Assembly (NCBI GenBank): GCA_043228905.1
Contig: JBHGNT010000002.1
Location: forward strand, 18,352,001-18,416,000
Length of the DNA: 64,000 nt
Direction: 5' to 3'
From: Azolla caroliniana
Taxonomy: Eukaryota > Plantae > Polypodiophyta
The position numbers were made by a program, and so were the translations under genes. The notes under the pieces are model-generated. The model ran no database searches, was not told the DNA's origin, and saw only the letters and a program-made list of their open reading frames with translations. Shown in pieces: positions 1 through 9,976 of this stretch (position 1 is the first letter of the stretch; each line of letters opens with the position of its first letter).

Positions 1-114
1 TAGCTTCCTACGCCGCTTCTCGTCTCATCGTCACTCATCCGAACTCCATCACCACTGTGACCACCATCTCCGCGAAGTCTTCGTCTTCCAACTCCATCCC
101 CCCTTGCTGCCCTT

Positions 115-131
115 TCACGTTGGGTTCACCA
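115..131 (-). promoter_or_regulatory. tRNA-Trp primer binding site of Gypsy G0
   Basis: Minus strand TGGTGAACCCAACGTGA, 4 nt after an LTR end. Matches the complement of the plant tRNA-Trp 3' end (TCACGTCGGGTTCACCA) with one mismatch. Same motif in G1 and G2. Confidence 0.8.
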
Positions 132-135
132 AAGA

Positions 136-304
136 TGTCGTGGTAATCCGCGAGTACGTGTCGAAAGGGGCGGGACCATGGGAGTCACGGACGAGGAAGA
201 GATGGATGTCGGGAAGCCGACTCTCTCCGGTCCCGGTTGCACCGGTTGTGGCGCAAACTGGAGCGATTTTGGACGTGTACCGGAAGCTACCGAACATGAG
301 AGAG

Positions 305-335
<31 letters not shown>

Positions 336-1012
336 AACGCCCACACAATGTTTACTCAACACACGCCTCTTATGTACAGGAAACGGAAAGAAGATAACAC
401 ACCCGACACCAACAAAGACACAGATATGCACAACATGATGTATGCGTATTTACAAGACAACAAGATACAACATCGACTTCGAGTCGGACTAAGATAGGTT
501 AGGTTACAACGGACGTCTCAAGCCAAGCCATTGGTCGGGGAGCTCTTGGGCTCTTCACGCTGAGCGGGGTCTTGCACAAGGGATGAAGCAAAAATGAAAC
601 CTCTAGTACATGCGAGCTCTCGGCCAGACTAAACCCCAAGCGTGTATGAGATAAAGAAGCCCTCGTAACGACGAAGGAGAAGACCTCCAAGAAACCCTAA
701 CAAAAATAAGAAAATAAAGGGGAGAAAGACTATCATACCTTGGACCTAATGGTATACCCTCCTAACTCAAAATGGGCAACCCCTCTACAAGGGACCCTCC
801 CTTCCTTTTATAGCCCAAGGAGGGAGGGACGTTACAATGTGGGATAAATCTCGTATTACATGGGACTCTCTGTCCCAACTTAACTCCTATTTGGCGCCAT
901 AAAGGCACCACATTATCTTACACGGGTATACAAGGGTGAGTGCTCATGCCGCACCCCGCCGATATTCCCAATAGGCCCGGTTTTCTCACTATGGCCGTGA
1001 ATCTTCACGACA
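136..1012 (-). repeat. 5' LTR of Ty3/Gypsy element G0 (body runs off the left edge of the window)
   Basis: Inverted termini TGTCGTG...CACGACA. The end GAATCTTCACGACA is identical to the G1 LTR end. Adjacent PBS at 115-131. Copia coding sequence resumes at 1013. Confidence 0.8.
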
Positions 1013-1842
1013 ACATAGCTCTCCGGCTCACGCACTTCCGCCACCTTCGTCATGTACGCATAGTGATATGCCATGTACTCATCACAACCATACCGTTTGA
1101 TGGTGTTCTTCTGGTGGGTCGACCAACGCGGTTTCTGCTCTGCGATTTCTTGGCTTTCTTGGCCGACTTGAACTTCTCTTCAGAAGGTCCATCTTCGTTC
1201 TTCCCAGAGTCAAATTCGCTCTGATCCAACTCATCTTTGCTGGCATCGTACTCTAGCATCTTCTTCTTACCCTTCTCTTTGCACATGAACCGTCTGCTAG
1301 GTTCCTTACGCAGAGAGAGCACGATTGAGTCTCCACTACTCGTTGACTCTTCATCTTACTGGTCATCCCGAATTAGTTGCATTCGGCCCGCTCAGTGGAA
1401 ATGAGATCAGACTCCCACCTTGAGTACCAAATCCTTCTTCATCTTCTATCGGATCGTTTTGGGCTCACTGGCCTCATCCCGGGTCGGAGTTGGACATCGG
1501 AGCCAGTAGAGAGTATCATGATGCCGACTCATCAAATTCAACATCTTAGCTCAGTCGAACTTGTTTTGTTCGGGGGTTATATCACTTATACCCCTTCTGT
1601 TCATGTGAGTAGCCAACCAAAATGCACTTAACCGACTTCAGGTCTAACTTTCTCCGCTTCTAATCTAGCACATGCACATATTGAATGCTACTGAATATCT
1701 TAAGGTGCCTTAAATTCGGCTTCTGCACGAAATACAACTCATGTGCTGACACCTTATCCCCGATCCAGTTTTGGATGTAGACGGTTGTCCGGACAGCTTC
1801 GGCCTAGTAGAACTTGGGCATGCTCTTCTCTTCGACCATTGT
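1013..1842 (-). pseudogene. pol: Degenerate Copia A integrase C-terminal part and INT-RT linker
   Basis: Minus-strand remnants AMVEEKSMPKFY, KPNLRHLKIFSSI and YGCDEYMAYHYAYMTKVAEVREPESY, homologous to Copia D at about 22970-23800. Confidence 0.8.
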
Positions 1843-2321
1843 TGTTGTAGGTTTTAGGGTTAGGGTTAATGGTAATGATGATTATCAATGACGAAGATAG
1901 ACATGGTGTACTGGTGGAGATGATGAATGGTATGATGGTGAGAGATCATGAAGATGCAAGACAAGCATTGAGAAGCATTGCGGGGTGGGGGGTGGTGCCT
2001 AGAATGGCTCCACCCCCCTCCCAAGGGGGTTCAACGTTAAGGGGAAGGAAGAGAGGGAGAGAGAGATGACAAGAGAGAGATGACAAGGGAGAGATTAAGA
2101 GAGAAATGTTCCTTCTTTTCATTCATTCCCCATAAGGGGTTAAATAGGTACAAAAGGGAAGATACACAAGGGTGCAAGCCCCTTGGGCATTCACACCTCT
2201 TTGTATCCACCACACTCACACTTAGTTTCACACTCATAATCGTATAACATTACACATACATTACATCTTTCACCCTCACTTATCACACTTATCAATCACA
2301 TGTACGTCTCGTACGGTAACA
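1843..2321 (+). repeat. LTR of element X1 (tRNA-Arg-type PBS)
   Basis: TGTTGTAG...CGGTAACA interrupts the Copia A integrase and is followed by PBS TGGCACGCCCGTGGGA. The PBS-proximal terminus (reverse complement TGTTACCG) is the same as in the X2 LTR. Confidence 0.7.
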
Positions 2322-2326
2322 CAATA

Positions 2327-2342
2327 TGGCACGCCCGTGGGA
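2327..2342 (+). promoter_or_regulatory. tRNA-Arg-like PBS of X1
   Basis: TGGCACGCCCGTGGGA, similar to the Tat/Retand-type PBS TGGCACGCCC(A/G)GTGGGAC. Confidence 0.7.
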
Positions 2343-2413
2343 GAGTGTCTTGCACGTTGATCCCACATGCCTTGATCATAATCTTTCTTCGACCGGAACT
2401 TCCATCAGTCCTC

Positions 2414-2635
2414 TCAACGATTGACTCCCTCGATCGGAGCGCTTGACTCGAACATCTTTGTCGGTCAGCGAATCTTCATTGACACGAACATTCTCGTTCT
2501 GTCGTTCACGAACTTCGGTAACATCAACGATTGACTCCCTCGATCGGGGTGCTTGACTCGAACATCTCCTTCGGTCAGCAGCTTCATCGACACGAACATT
2601 CTCGTTATGTCGGCTCACAAACTTTGGTAACATCA
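2414..2635. repeat. Two-copy tandem repeat, ~110-bp unit, inside X1
   Basis: TCAACGATTGACTCCCTCGATCGG starts at both 2414 and 2524, and the similarity continues through GGTAACATCA. Confidence 0.9.
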
Positions 2636-2769
2636 TTCGGGTCATCAAAAAGACGTTGTGTGTATGTGTGTTCTTCTTTGTATCTTGTGAATTGTATGTG
2701 GATTGCGTCCATTTCTTTTAGGTTCATGAGTTTTCGACATTTCGTAGGTGCCCTTTGATTTTTTAAAAT

Positions 2770-4215
2770 TTTGACAATGCCATCATGTTTTTCGAAATTC
2801 TTCGGATGCCCTCAAGTTTTCAAAACTCCTCGAGTGCCCCTTATCATTCTCTTTTTCCCTCTTTTTTCTTTTCTTGTTTCCTTCTTTTTCTCTTGCTTCT
2901 GTCATTTCCCTCCTTTCTATCTGTTTGTCTCCTCCGATTCCTTCCTTCTTCTTATTTTTTGCATGTTTGCTTCTTTCTTCTCTGCGTTGTCTTTGTTTTG
3001 GTTGTCGTGGTTGGTTGTCTGTCTAGCCCGTTTGGCCACTCTGGCCACTGTTCGGCTATTACGGCCGCTTCGGCCACTCTTTGGCCGCTCGTCCGTCTCC
3101 ATCTCCTGTCGTGGCCATCTCTGACCACTGATGCCGTCCTTGTCTGGCCGCCTCCGTTCGGCCACTATGACCGCTCTTAGGTCGCTCTCTGGCCTCTCCT
3201 TCGTCTCTGTTGGTGTTTGGTTGTCGTCCTCCTCTTCCGACCGTGCGTTCGGTCCGTTGTCCCGGCAGTTTGTCTGTTTCTCCATCTGTCTAGCCCTCGG
3301 TCGCGCTGGCTGCTCCAGCCTTTGTCCGGGCTTGTTTGGTTGCTTTTCAGCCTCTATCGGCCACTTTGACCGCTCTTCGTTTTCCGATCCGGTAGTCCTA
3401 TTCGTCCCGTTTCGACATCTTTCACCGTCGTCCACCGTCTCATACATTGTTCGACAATCGGTGTGGTCGCGCCCTTCCGGCCTCTTCGGCCTTTTCCATC
3501 ATTGTCTTGGTCGTTGTCCAGTTGCCTCTGTTGTGGACTCCATCACCGTCTCTGTCGGTTTCCATATGTTTGAGTCTACCTCTATGTCTTCGGCTTTGTT
3601 GCCATCTCTGTACGGCCATAGTCCGGTGTTGTTGCTTTTTGACCGCTCGCCCGTCGCCTTGTACGGCGTGTCTGTCCGTTCCGGTCATCCTCTCGTCGTT
3701 TGTCCGGTCATCAGTTGTCTGGTACTTGTCCATCTGGCCCGTCTGGCTTTCTGTTCGGCCCGACCATCACTTTCTTTCTAGCCCTTCGATAGTCTCTATT
3801 TGGCTATTTCGCGTATTTCTCAGTCCTTTGTCTTCGTCGCATGGCCTTGTTTGGTTGCCGCTCATTGTTGTTCGGTGTCTCTATCACTGTTAGGTTGTTT
3901 GGCCGCTGCTCAGGCCAGTCTCTAGCAGTCATCGTCAGTGTTCCACCTCTCCTTTCGGTGGTTCTAGTATCTGGCTTCATCGGTTATCCATCAACTGCCG
4001 CTCTAGCCACTATCCGGCATATCTGCCGGCTCCATCATCATCTCCAACTGTCTCCAATGCCGTCTTTATCGGTTCGTTTGTCTGGCCGTCTCGATTTTTG
4101 TTCATCATTGTCCTGTATGGCGCCTGTCTTTTCTACCGTTTTTGTATGTCTCTTCGTCTCCGTCCACTTCTGTTTTTCCAGACAACGCCATCATGCTCTT
4201 TTCTTTTGCGATTAG
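2770..4215 (-). other. Strongly strand-biased region in X1, possibly a decayed hydrophilic ORF antisense to the PBS
   Basis: The plus strand is very A-poor and C/T-rich. Minus-strand ORF pieces (2917-3447, 3440-3733) are E/R/Q/K/T-rich like the X2 ORF. No recognisable domain. Confidence 0.35.
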
Positions 4216-4542
4216 ATTCAAGCCAAATAGACCCAACCTAACCAACAAAACACACTCGAAATACCATTGATAGCGCCATGAGGATTAGGTAACTTATTAA
4301 GGAATAATTATTACCTAATTATGTGACTAAGTTAAGCGATTACGTAGCAGAAGATTAAGTGATTGTTACCGGCCGGCAAGGAGTCCAAAATACGGAGTGA
4401 AGGAATTAATTAAATATGGTTGTAAATGAGCATAGTGTGGAGGGACGGACGGACTGGAAACGGTATGCCGTTCCAGATCCGGACGGATTCCGAATAGGTG
4501 CGATAGGCACCGTTTTGTACTACCGACCATGAGTACGGCCAC

Positions 4543-6837
4543 GTGTACCCCCGACCCCCTGTCATGCCAAAAAATCGGGCAGGGATGATCGTAGCCACCT
4601 ATGAAGGGATCAAGGTGGATTGGCTGGTGTTGATTGCAGACGGGTTGTGCGCGGCAATCGACATGGTACGAGGAAAGGACGGCAAGGAGGGCCGGAAGCT
4701 GTGGCATGCCGTAGCTCAGTGGATAACATTGCTAGTGCCGCCGGTCGAGACCGTCCAGCCAAAGAAGCGGCCAAGATTATCGGAAGGAAGCACCTCGAAA
4801 CCCGCGTCTAAACGACAGCAACTGCTGGCGTCGAAGGCGACGAAAGGGAAGAAACGGGTCCCTGAACCGGAGGAGGTGTCACCGGTCCGACCCGTTAAGA
4901 TAACCATACGGCGACCGGGACAGAAGGAACCGGAACCCTTGACGGCACAGAAACATGCCGTTACCCAGGAAGAGGAAACGGAGGAGGCAGAAGAGCACCT
5001 CCAACGACGGTCAAGAAGTAGGACCGCCGGGGAGCGTTCGTACCCGCAAGAGGAAGAAACGACGCCCCCAACTCAACCTGAGCAAACCACAAGGGAGGAA
5101 CCGGAACCGGTGCGTATGGAACCGGCCTTGTCGACTTCTATAGAAGAAGTCATTCCAACGGCTCCGGAGACGGCGAGAACCGAAACTCAACAGCCGGCGA
5201 GCCCAGCCAGCACACACGGCGGCCAAGGAGTAGGACCAGTACAGCAGCAAGGCACCAGTAGCATGTGGCTACGGTTGGTTGGTGAGCAGATCGCCGGAGC
5301 GGTCGAGTACATAGAGGCGGAGGAGAGAGCGCACAACGAACGGTTGCTCGTCACAACCGTAGATCTAGAGACGGCCCGGTCCAGAATCCGGAGCCTTGAA
5401 CAAGACTTGGACAGGGTCACAAGGGAAATGGCTCAATTCGCTTTGACAACACAAGTCCAAGCACCGGTGACTCCGGGCAATGTACAGAATAAGGCGTCAG
5501 ATCAACCTGTACATAGCAATCAGACCCCGGCAACGGAAACCGTTCCGGAGAGAAATGCGGCACAAGCCCAAGAGCTTGCGGATTTAAAGGATGAGCTAGC
5601 TGCCCAAGAAGCGCTGAGGAGCCGCGAAAGAGAATTGAAGACGGCAGCGGAGGCAGAACTCAAAAAGACTGCTGAGAATCTACGCCGGGCCGAGGAGAGC
5701 TTACGGAAAGGCCACCAAGCGTACGACCGGCTCAAGGAGGAGAAGGAGAAAATGCTGCAAGAGAAGGACAGGCTCCGGAGGAACGCCGAAATAGAAGTAG
5801 AGCGCCTGAAAGAGGAACTCCGGCAGTTAAAGGACCGGGAGGACCGGAACCAGCGCCAGATCAACGGCAAGCTCAAACAAAAAACGGAGAAATTTGAGCA
5901 CTTGCACCGGGAGTATAAACGGTTGCAAACGGAGCACAAGGAACGGACAGATGAGCTTCGGCAAGCAGTTGATCGGACCGCAACGGCATACGCTAAGGAA
6001 CAAGCGGAAACCAGAAGACGGTTGGAAGAGGCGGAGAAGGTTCAGACAGAGCTCCTCAGGCAACAGCAGGCGGAAAAAGAAAGAGCGGCGGAGGTACTGC
6101 AGAGGCTGCAAACAACATACCAAGGGCAGCTGACGCGCTACAGAGAGCAGGCGGAGGATACGGCTAATCTCATCAAGCAGTTGAAGGAGGAGCGACAAGT
6201 GGTGGAAAGTAGAGCGCAAATGGGAGCAAGTCGCATCCAGGATATCATGCGGGCCTGGTTGAACCAGACCAAGAGCTTGATTGACAACGGTTCCGTCAAA
6301 TGGTGGACCAAGTGGGCCACGAACGCGGCGGAACTCCAATTGCTCCAGGCCGACGTAGAGAACCGGCGGAAGGAGGGAGATGATTGCTATATGCTGACTT
6401 CCGAAGACTTCACCGGCATAAGAGATGAGCTGGCCGAAGACTTTCAAGCCTTGGCAGACGACCAACTAGGGCAAGTCCGGCAACTTATAGCTCAGTTGGA
6501 CGACGACAGGCTGGAGGCGCAGATCCAGTTTGAAAGCTACGAGAGGTCCCGGATCCGGGGAGAGAAAGAACGAGAACCGGTTACGGTCAACCTCAGTGAT
6601 GAGGAACCGTTACTGGAAGGAGACCGGACCGGAAGCAGTCAAACGGAGATGCCGGAGTCAGAGAGACAAACGGAGCAGCCGGAGTCAGAGAAACAAACGG
6701 AGCAGCCGCCTATAGAGCAGCCTCAGTCCCAACCGCAACCACAGCAGCAGCAGCAAGCACAGCCGCAGCAACCACAACCGGAAGAACAAGTGGAAACTCT
6801 GGAACAAAGTATTTTGGACAATTTGGGTGAACAATGA
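4543..6837 (+). CDS. 764-aa retroelement accessory protein: short globular N-part, basic NLS-like segment, disordered P/E/T region, long coiled coil, Q/P/E tail; probably 5'-truncated
   Basis: Uninterrupted ORF whose frame stays open back to the LTR deletion junction at 4523. E/K/R/Q/L heptad-like region covers about aa 250-670. PKKRPRL motif. No Gag/PR/RT/INT motifs. Confidence 0.75.
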   Translation: MYPRPPVMPKNRAGMIVATYEGIKVDWLVLIADGLCAAIDMVRGKDGKEGRKLWHAVAQWITLLVPPVETVQPKKRPRLSEGSTSKPASKRQQLLASKATKGKKRVPEPEEVSPVRPVKITIRRPGQKEPEPLTAQKHAVTQEEETEEAEEHLQRRSRSRTAGERSYPQEEETTPPTQPEQTTREEPEPVRMEPALSTSIEEVIPTAPETARTETQQPASPASTHGGQGVGPVQQQGTSSMWLRLVGEQIAGAVEYIEAEERAHNERLLVTTVDLETARSRIRSLEQDLDRVTREMAQFALTTQVQAPVTPGNVQNKASDQPVHSNQTPATETVPERNAAQAQELADLKDELAAQEALRSRERELKTAAEAELKKTAENLRRAEESLRKGHQAYDRLKEEKEKMLQEKDRLRRNAEIEVERLKEELRQLKDREDRNQRQINGKLKQKTEKFEHLHREYKRLQTEHKERTDELRQAVDRTATAYAKEQAETRRRLEEAEKVQTELLRQQQAEKERAAEVLQRLQTTYQGQLTRYREQAEDTANLIKQLKEERQVVESRAQMGASRIQDIMRAWLNQTKSLIDNGSVKWWTKWATNAAELQLLQADVENRRKEGDDCYMLTSEDFTGIRDELAEDFQALADDQLGQVRQLIAQLDDDRLEAQIQFESYERSRIRGEKEREPVTVNLSDEEPLLEGDRTGSSQTEMPESERQTEQPESEKQTEQPPIEQPQSQPQPQQQQQAQPQQPQPEEQVETLEQSILDNLGEQ

Positions 6838-6870
6838 AGGGCCCGAGAAGGGTTCGACGTACAAGGTACT

Positions 6871-6887
6871 GTCCCACGGGCGTGCCA
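6871..6887 (-). promoter_or_regulatory. tRNA-Arg-like PBS of X2
   Basis: Plus strand GTCCCACGGGCGTGCCA = minus TGGCACGCCCGTGGGAC, 2 nt from the LTR edge at 6890. Confidence 0.8.
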
Positions 6888-7699
6888 TGTGTTACCGGCC
6901 GGCAAGGAGTCCAAAATACGGAGTGAAGGAATTAATTAAATATGGTTGTAAATGAGCATAGTGTGGAGGGACGGACGGACTGGAAACGGTATGCCGTTCC
7001 AGATCCGGACGGATTCCGAATAGGTGCGATAGGCACTGTTTTGTACTACGGGCCGGAAACCTATTTAAAGGCCCGGACCCCATTGTAATGGCAGCGGATA
7101 ATTAATAGAGCATATGGTGTTTATACTTCTGTGTTGATTTCCGTTCTGTAATTACTGTTATATCTTACGCGTGTAATTAACCAAAGCACTCTAATCGTGT
7201 AACCTACGTAAGTCGGTGTAATCGTTGAATCTTAATCCTATGCCGTAATCACCCTTTGGTGAAGTGTCCCCGTGACACCTTGTGTTAGGCCTTGTCCGGC
7301 TAGCGAATAACAGTGATATGTGCGTGTATGTGTGCGTGAGAGGAAGAGAGAGAGAAGTACACTTATAACACAAAAGCAAGATGGGGGATGATAAAGTATA
7401 TTAAAAGGTAAATATCATCAACTATCATCGAATACAAAAATACCTTCAATGAGGTATATATAGGTTTCATGTGCAAGGGTGCACATGTGCTAGGAGAATA
7501 TAGGTACAACGTGTAAGTCCTATATTAAATGAGCATGGAGTGGTGGATCTACAATGTATCCCACTCGAGTACAAAATCCTATTTAAGGCTTTATGGTCAA
7601 CACACTAACTAGATTCTATCTAGGTAACTACTAAGTTACATGTGTTGACTAACTAACTAAACTAAGTTGAGCTTGATCTCTCAACACGCCCCCTCAAGC

Positions 7700-9949
7700 T
7701 CAAGTGTGAGGCGTCCGACATTTCGCGTTGTTTTCGGCGTTGTCCGACTTTCGATATCGGCTTCTGTGTAGCTTCCATCTGGCCTTCGGCTTTGTTCGCA
7801 GTGGCAATCTCGAGTCCTCCCCCTCATGCCAGTGACAAAGGCTTGTAGCGTGTGGGTGAAGTTCGACTACTTCCACCCATCGTGGGTTATGAGCCGCTTC
7901 GGTGGAGCTCTTGGGCTCTTGTTTGGCCGCTACCTTCATCGTGAAGGCATAATGATGGGCCATGTACTCGTTGTAGCCTTGCCGAATGACAGGGTTCTTA
8001 GCTCTAGATGAGCGTCGAAGTTTTTCGCTCGCCGATGTGAGCGCCTTCTTTACTCCGGGTGTCCGCATGATGGGTACACCGAACTCACTATCTAGTGAGG
8101 GAGCCGATCCATCCAAATCATTGTCGTCGGGGTGATCGACTTCGTATTCGGGCATCTTACCTTTGCCTTTCTCCAAGTTCGTACTTGGTCGTGACGTGCT
8201 TGGGTTGCGTGGGGGCTCTTGTGGCCCACTAGGCTTTGCAGTAATCGAACTTTCTTTGAACATGTGTTCGAAGCAATCTCCATCTTCTACCTCTTGTTCG
8301 GCGAATTCCAGGTCGAGCGGAGTCGGAGTCGAAGTTGTCTCTGGTGCATACCAAAATGCGGACTCGTTGAAGACTACGTCTCGACTTACCCGAACCACTC
8401 GGGTAGAAGGGTTGTAGCACTTGTACACCTTCTTCTCGGACGAGTATCCTATGAGGATACATTCCTCCAATTTTGCGTCGGGCTTCTGTCGTTGTTCGTT
8501 TGGGATGCGTACATTTGCAATGCTTCCAAACACCTTGAGGTGCGACATGATCGGCTTCCTTCCGACGAGGAGCTCGTATGGATTTAGTTCATGCACTCCA
8601 TTAGTGGTGCATCGATTCATGAGATAGATGGCCGTGGATGCCGCTTCAGCCCAATAGAAATTCGGCATGTGCTTCTCATGCATCATGGCGCGTGCTACCT
8701 CGAGTATTTGCCGATTCTTCCTTTCGGCTACTCCATTTTGTTGGGGTGTATGTCGGCACGAGAATTCTCTCCGAATGCCTTCACTTTGGAGGTAGGAGGT
8801 GAATTTGTCGGAGAAGTACTCATTTCTTGCATCTGATCGTAGGCATCGAATGTGCCGACCGGTTTCTTTTTCAACTTGCCCCTTGAGCTTTTGGAAGTGG
8901 GAGAACACTTCGCTCTTCTTCTTCATCGGGTAGATCCACGCGTAGCATGAGTAGTCGTCGATGAAGGTTACATAGTATCGGCATTCACCGATCGTCGGCG
9001 TTTGAGCCGGTCCCCATACATCTGAGTGTATGACGTCGAGGAGGCCTTTGCTTGCGGAGCTCTCCTTCGGGAATGGGAGTCGATGTTGTCTGCTGAGTTG
9101 ACACGCTTCACATACTCGGTCGACTCGTTTCGACTCAAATGTCGGAAGTCCGATGACAACTCCCTTTGTTTGCATAGCTCGGAGCCGTTGGAGGTTGATG
9201 TGGCCGATTCTTTTGTGCCACAACTCGATGTTTGTCTTGTTTTTGAGACCTTTAGCGTACATTGTCGATTTCACCTCGTTCGAATCGAGGATGAACATTC
9301 GGCCTTCTCTCCGCCCCTTCGCTACGACTCGACCATCTTTCTCGATGAAACATCCTTCTTTGGTGAAGCGGACTTGCATGCCTTGCTCCACGATTTGGCC
9401 GACCGAGACCAAATTCTTTGTTATTGTGGGCACGTGCAGGACATTCTTGATGCAAGTTTTCTCGCCTTCTTTCCCGAATGGGACATTGCCGATGTGTCGA
9501 ATGTGATGCGTGGTGTCGTCTCCCGTCTCTATAAAGCCGGGTCGATCCGGCGTTCGTAAATCGCGAAACCACTCTTCGTGGGATGTCATGTGATGTGAGG
9601 CGCCGGAATCTACGAACCACACGTCTTCCAGATTGGAGATGCTTGCAGAGTCGGAGGCCGTCATAGAGTTCGCTCTATGCCGCATTATGAATAGTCCGCC
9701 GTAATCCTCGTATTCGGAGTTGTTGGCGTAGTTTGTGAGTTGTCGACTTGTCGACGCCGACTCACTTCTTTTCTTCCGACACTCTGCCTCATAATGGCCG
9801 ATTTTGCCGCAATAATTGCAAGTTGCGGGCCTCGTTTGCCAACCTTGTTCGGCTTGGAAGCTCCCCCTTCTTTCAAAGGTTCCCCGATGGCTTCCTCTTC
9901 TACCGCCACGACCTCTTCCACGACCACCGTCCGAATTCGAGAAGAACAT
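7700..9949 (-). CDS. pol: Copia B Gag zinc knuckle-protease-integrase, ending without RT
   Basis: CNYCGKIGHYEAEC, WFVDSGASHHM, LWHKRIGH, HSDVWGP, TPQQNGVAERKN and GY..KKVYKCY motifs. The ORF ends just before the PPT. Confidence 0.88.
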   Translation of the reverse strand: MFFSNSDGGRGRGRGGRRGSHRGTFERRGSFQAEQGWQTRPATCNYCGKIGHYEAECRKKRSESASTSRQLTNYANNSEYEDYGGLFIMRHRANSMTASDSASISNLEDVWFVDSGASHHMTSHEEWFRDLRTPDRPGFIETGDDTTHHIRHIGNVPFGKEGEKTCIKNVLHVPTITKNLVSVGQIVEQGMQVRFTKEGCFIEKDGRVVAKGRREGRMFILDSNEVKSTMYAKGLKNKTNIELWHKRIGHINLQRLRAMQTKGVVIGLPTFESKRVDRVCEACQLSRQHRLPFPKESSASKGLLDVIHSDVWGPAQTPTIGECRYYVTFIDDYSCYAWIYPMKKKSEVFSHFQKLKGQVEKETGRHIRCLRSDARNEYFSDKFTSYLQSEGIRREFSCRHTPQQNGVAERKNRQILEVARAMMHEKHMPNFYWAEAASTAIYLMNRCTTNGVHELNPYELLVGRKPIMSHLKVFGSIANVRIPNEQRQKPDAKLEECILIGYSSEKKVYKCYNPSTRVVRVSRDVVFNESAFWYAPETTSTPTPLDLEFAEQEVEDGDCFEHMFKESSITAKPSGPQEPPRNPSTSRPSTNLEKGKGKMPEYEVDHPDDNDLDGSAPSLDSEFGVPIMRTPGVKKALTSASEKLRRSSRAKNPVIRQGYNEYMAHHYAFTMKVAAKQEPKSSTEAAHNPRWVEVVELHPHATSLCHWHEGEDSRLPLRTKPKARWKLHRSRYRKSDNAENNAKCRTPHT

Positions 9950-9976
9950 TTGTCCTTCCGGTGCCTTGCTTTTGGT

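Larger units (their letters stand above)
4364..7312 (-). mobile_element. LTR element X2 (tRNA-Arg PBS, single antisense ORF, one LTR truncated)
   Basis: TGTTA...TAACA termini with perfect 5-bp TSD GTGAT (4359-4363 and 7313-7317). Direct repeat 4364-4523 = 6890-7049 with one mismatch seen. Full LTR 6890-7312. PBS on the minus strand at 6871-6887. Confidence 0.9.

Noticed and set aside
301-332. GA/CT and TA microsatellites here and in other LTRs
   Set aside because: Common LTR leader features.
1852-1868. TTTTAGGGTTAGGGTT telomere-like motif
   Set aside because: Only about two units inside an LTR; a telo-box-like motif, not an interstitial telomere.
2414-2635. Repeats considered as CRISPR-like
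   Set aside because: Two contiguous units with no spacers, in a eukaryotic TE context.
2771-4215. Several S/L/F/V-rich plus-strand ORFs of 117-216 aa that look membrane-like
   Set aside because: The strand is nearly devoid of A, so stop codons are rare; compositional artefact with no support for an env-like gene.
4250-4280. Possible extra PBS remnants on the minus strand (TGGTATTTCGAG, TGGCGCTA)
   Set aside because: Matches are too short or mismatched and have no own LTR partner.
6652-6780. 27-bp repeat and Q/P runs in the X2 ORF tail
   Set aside because: Ordinary low-complexity expansion within a disordered tail.
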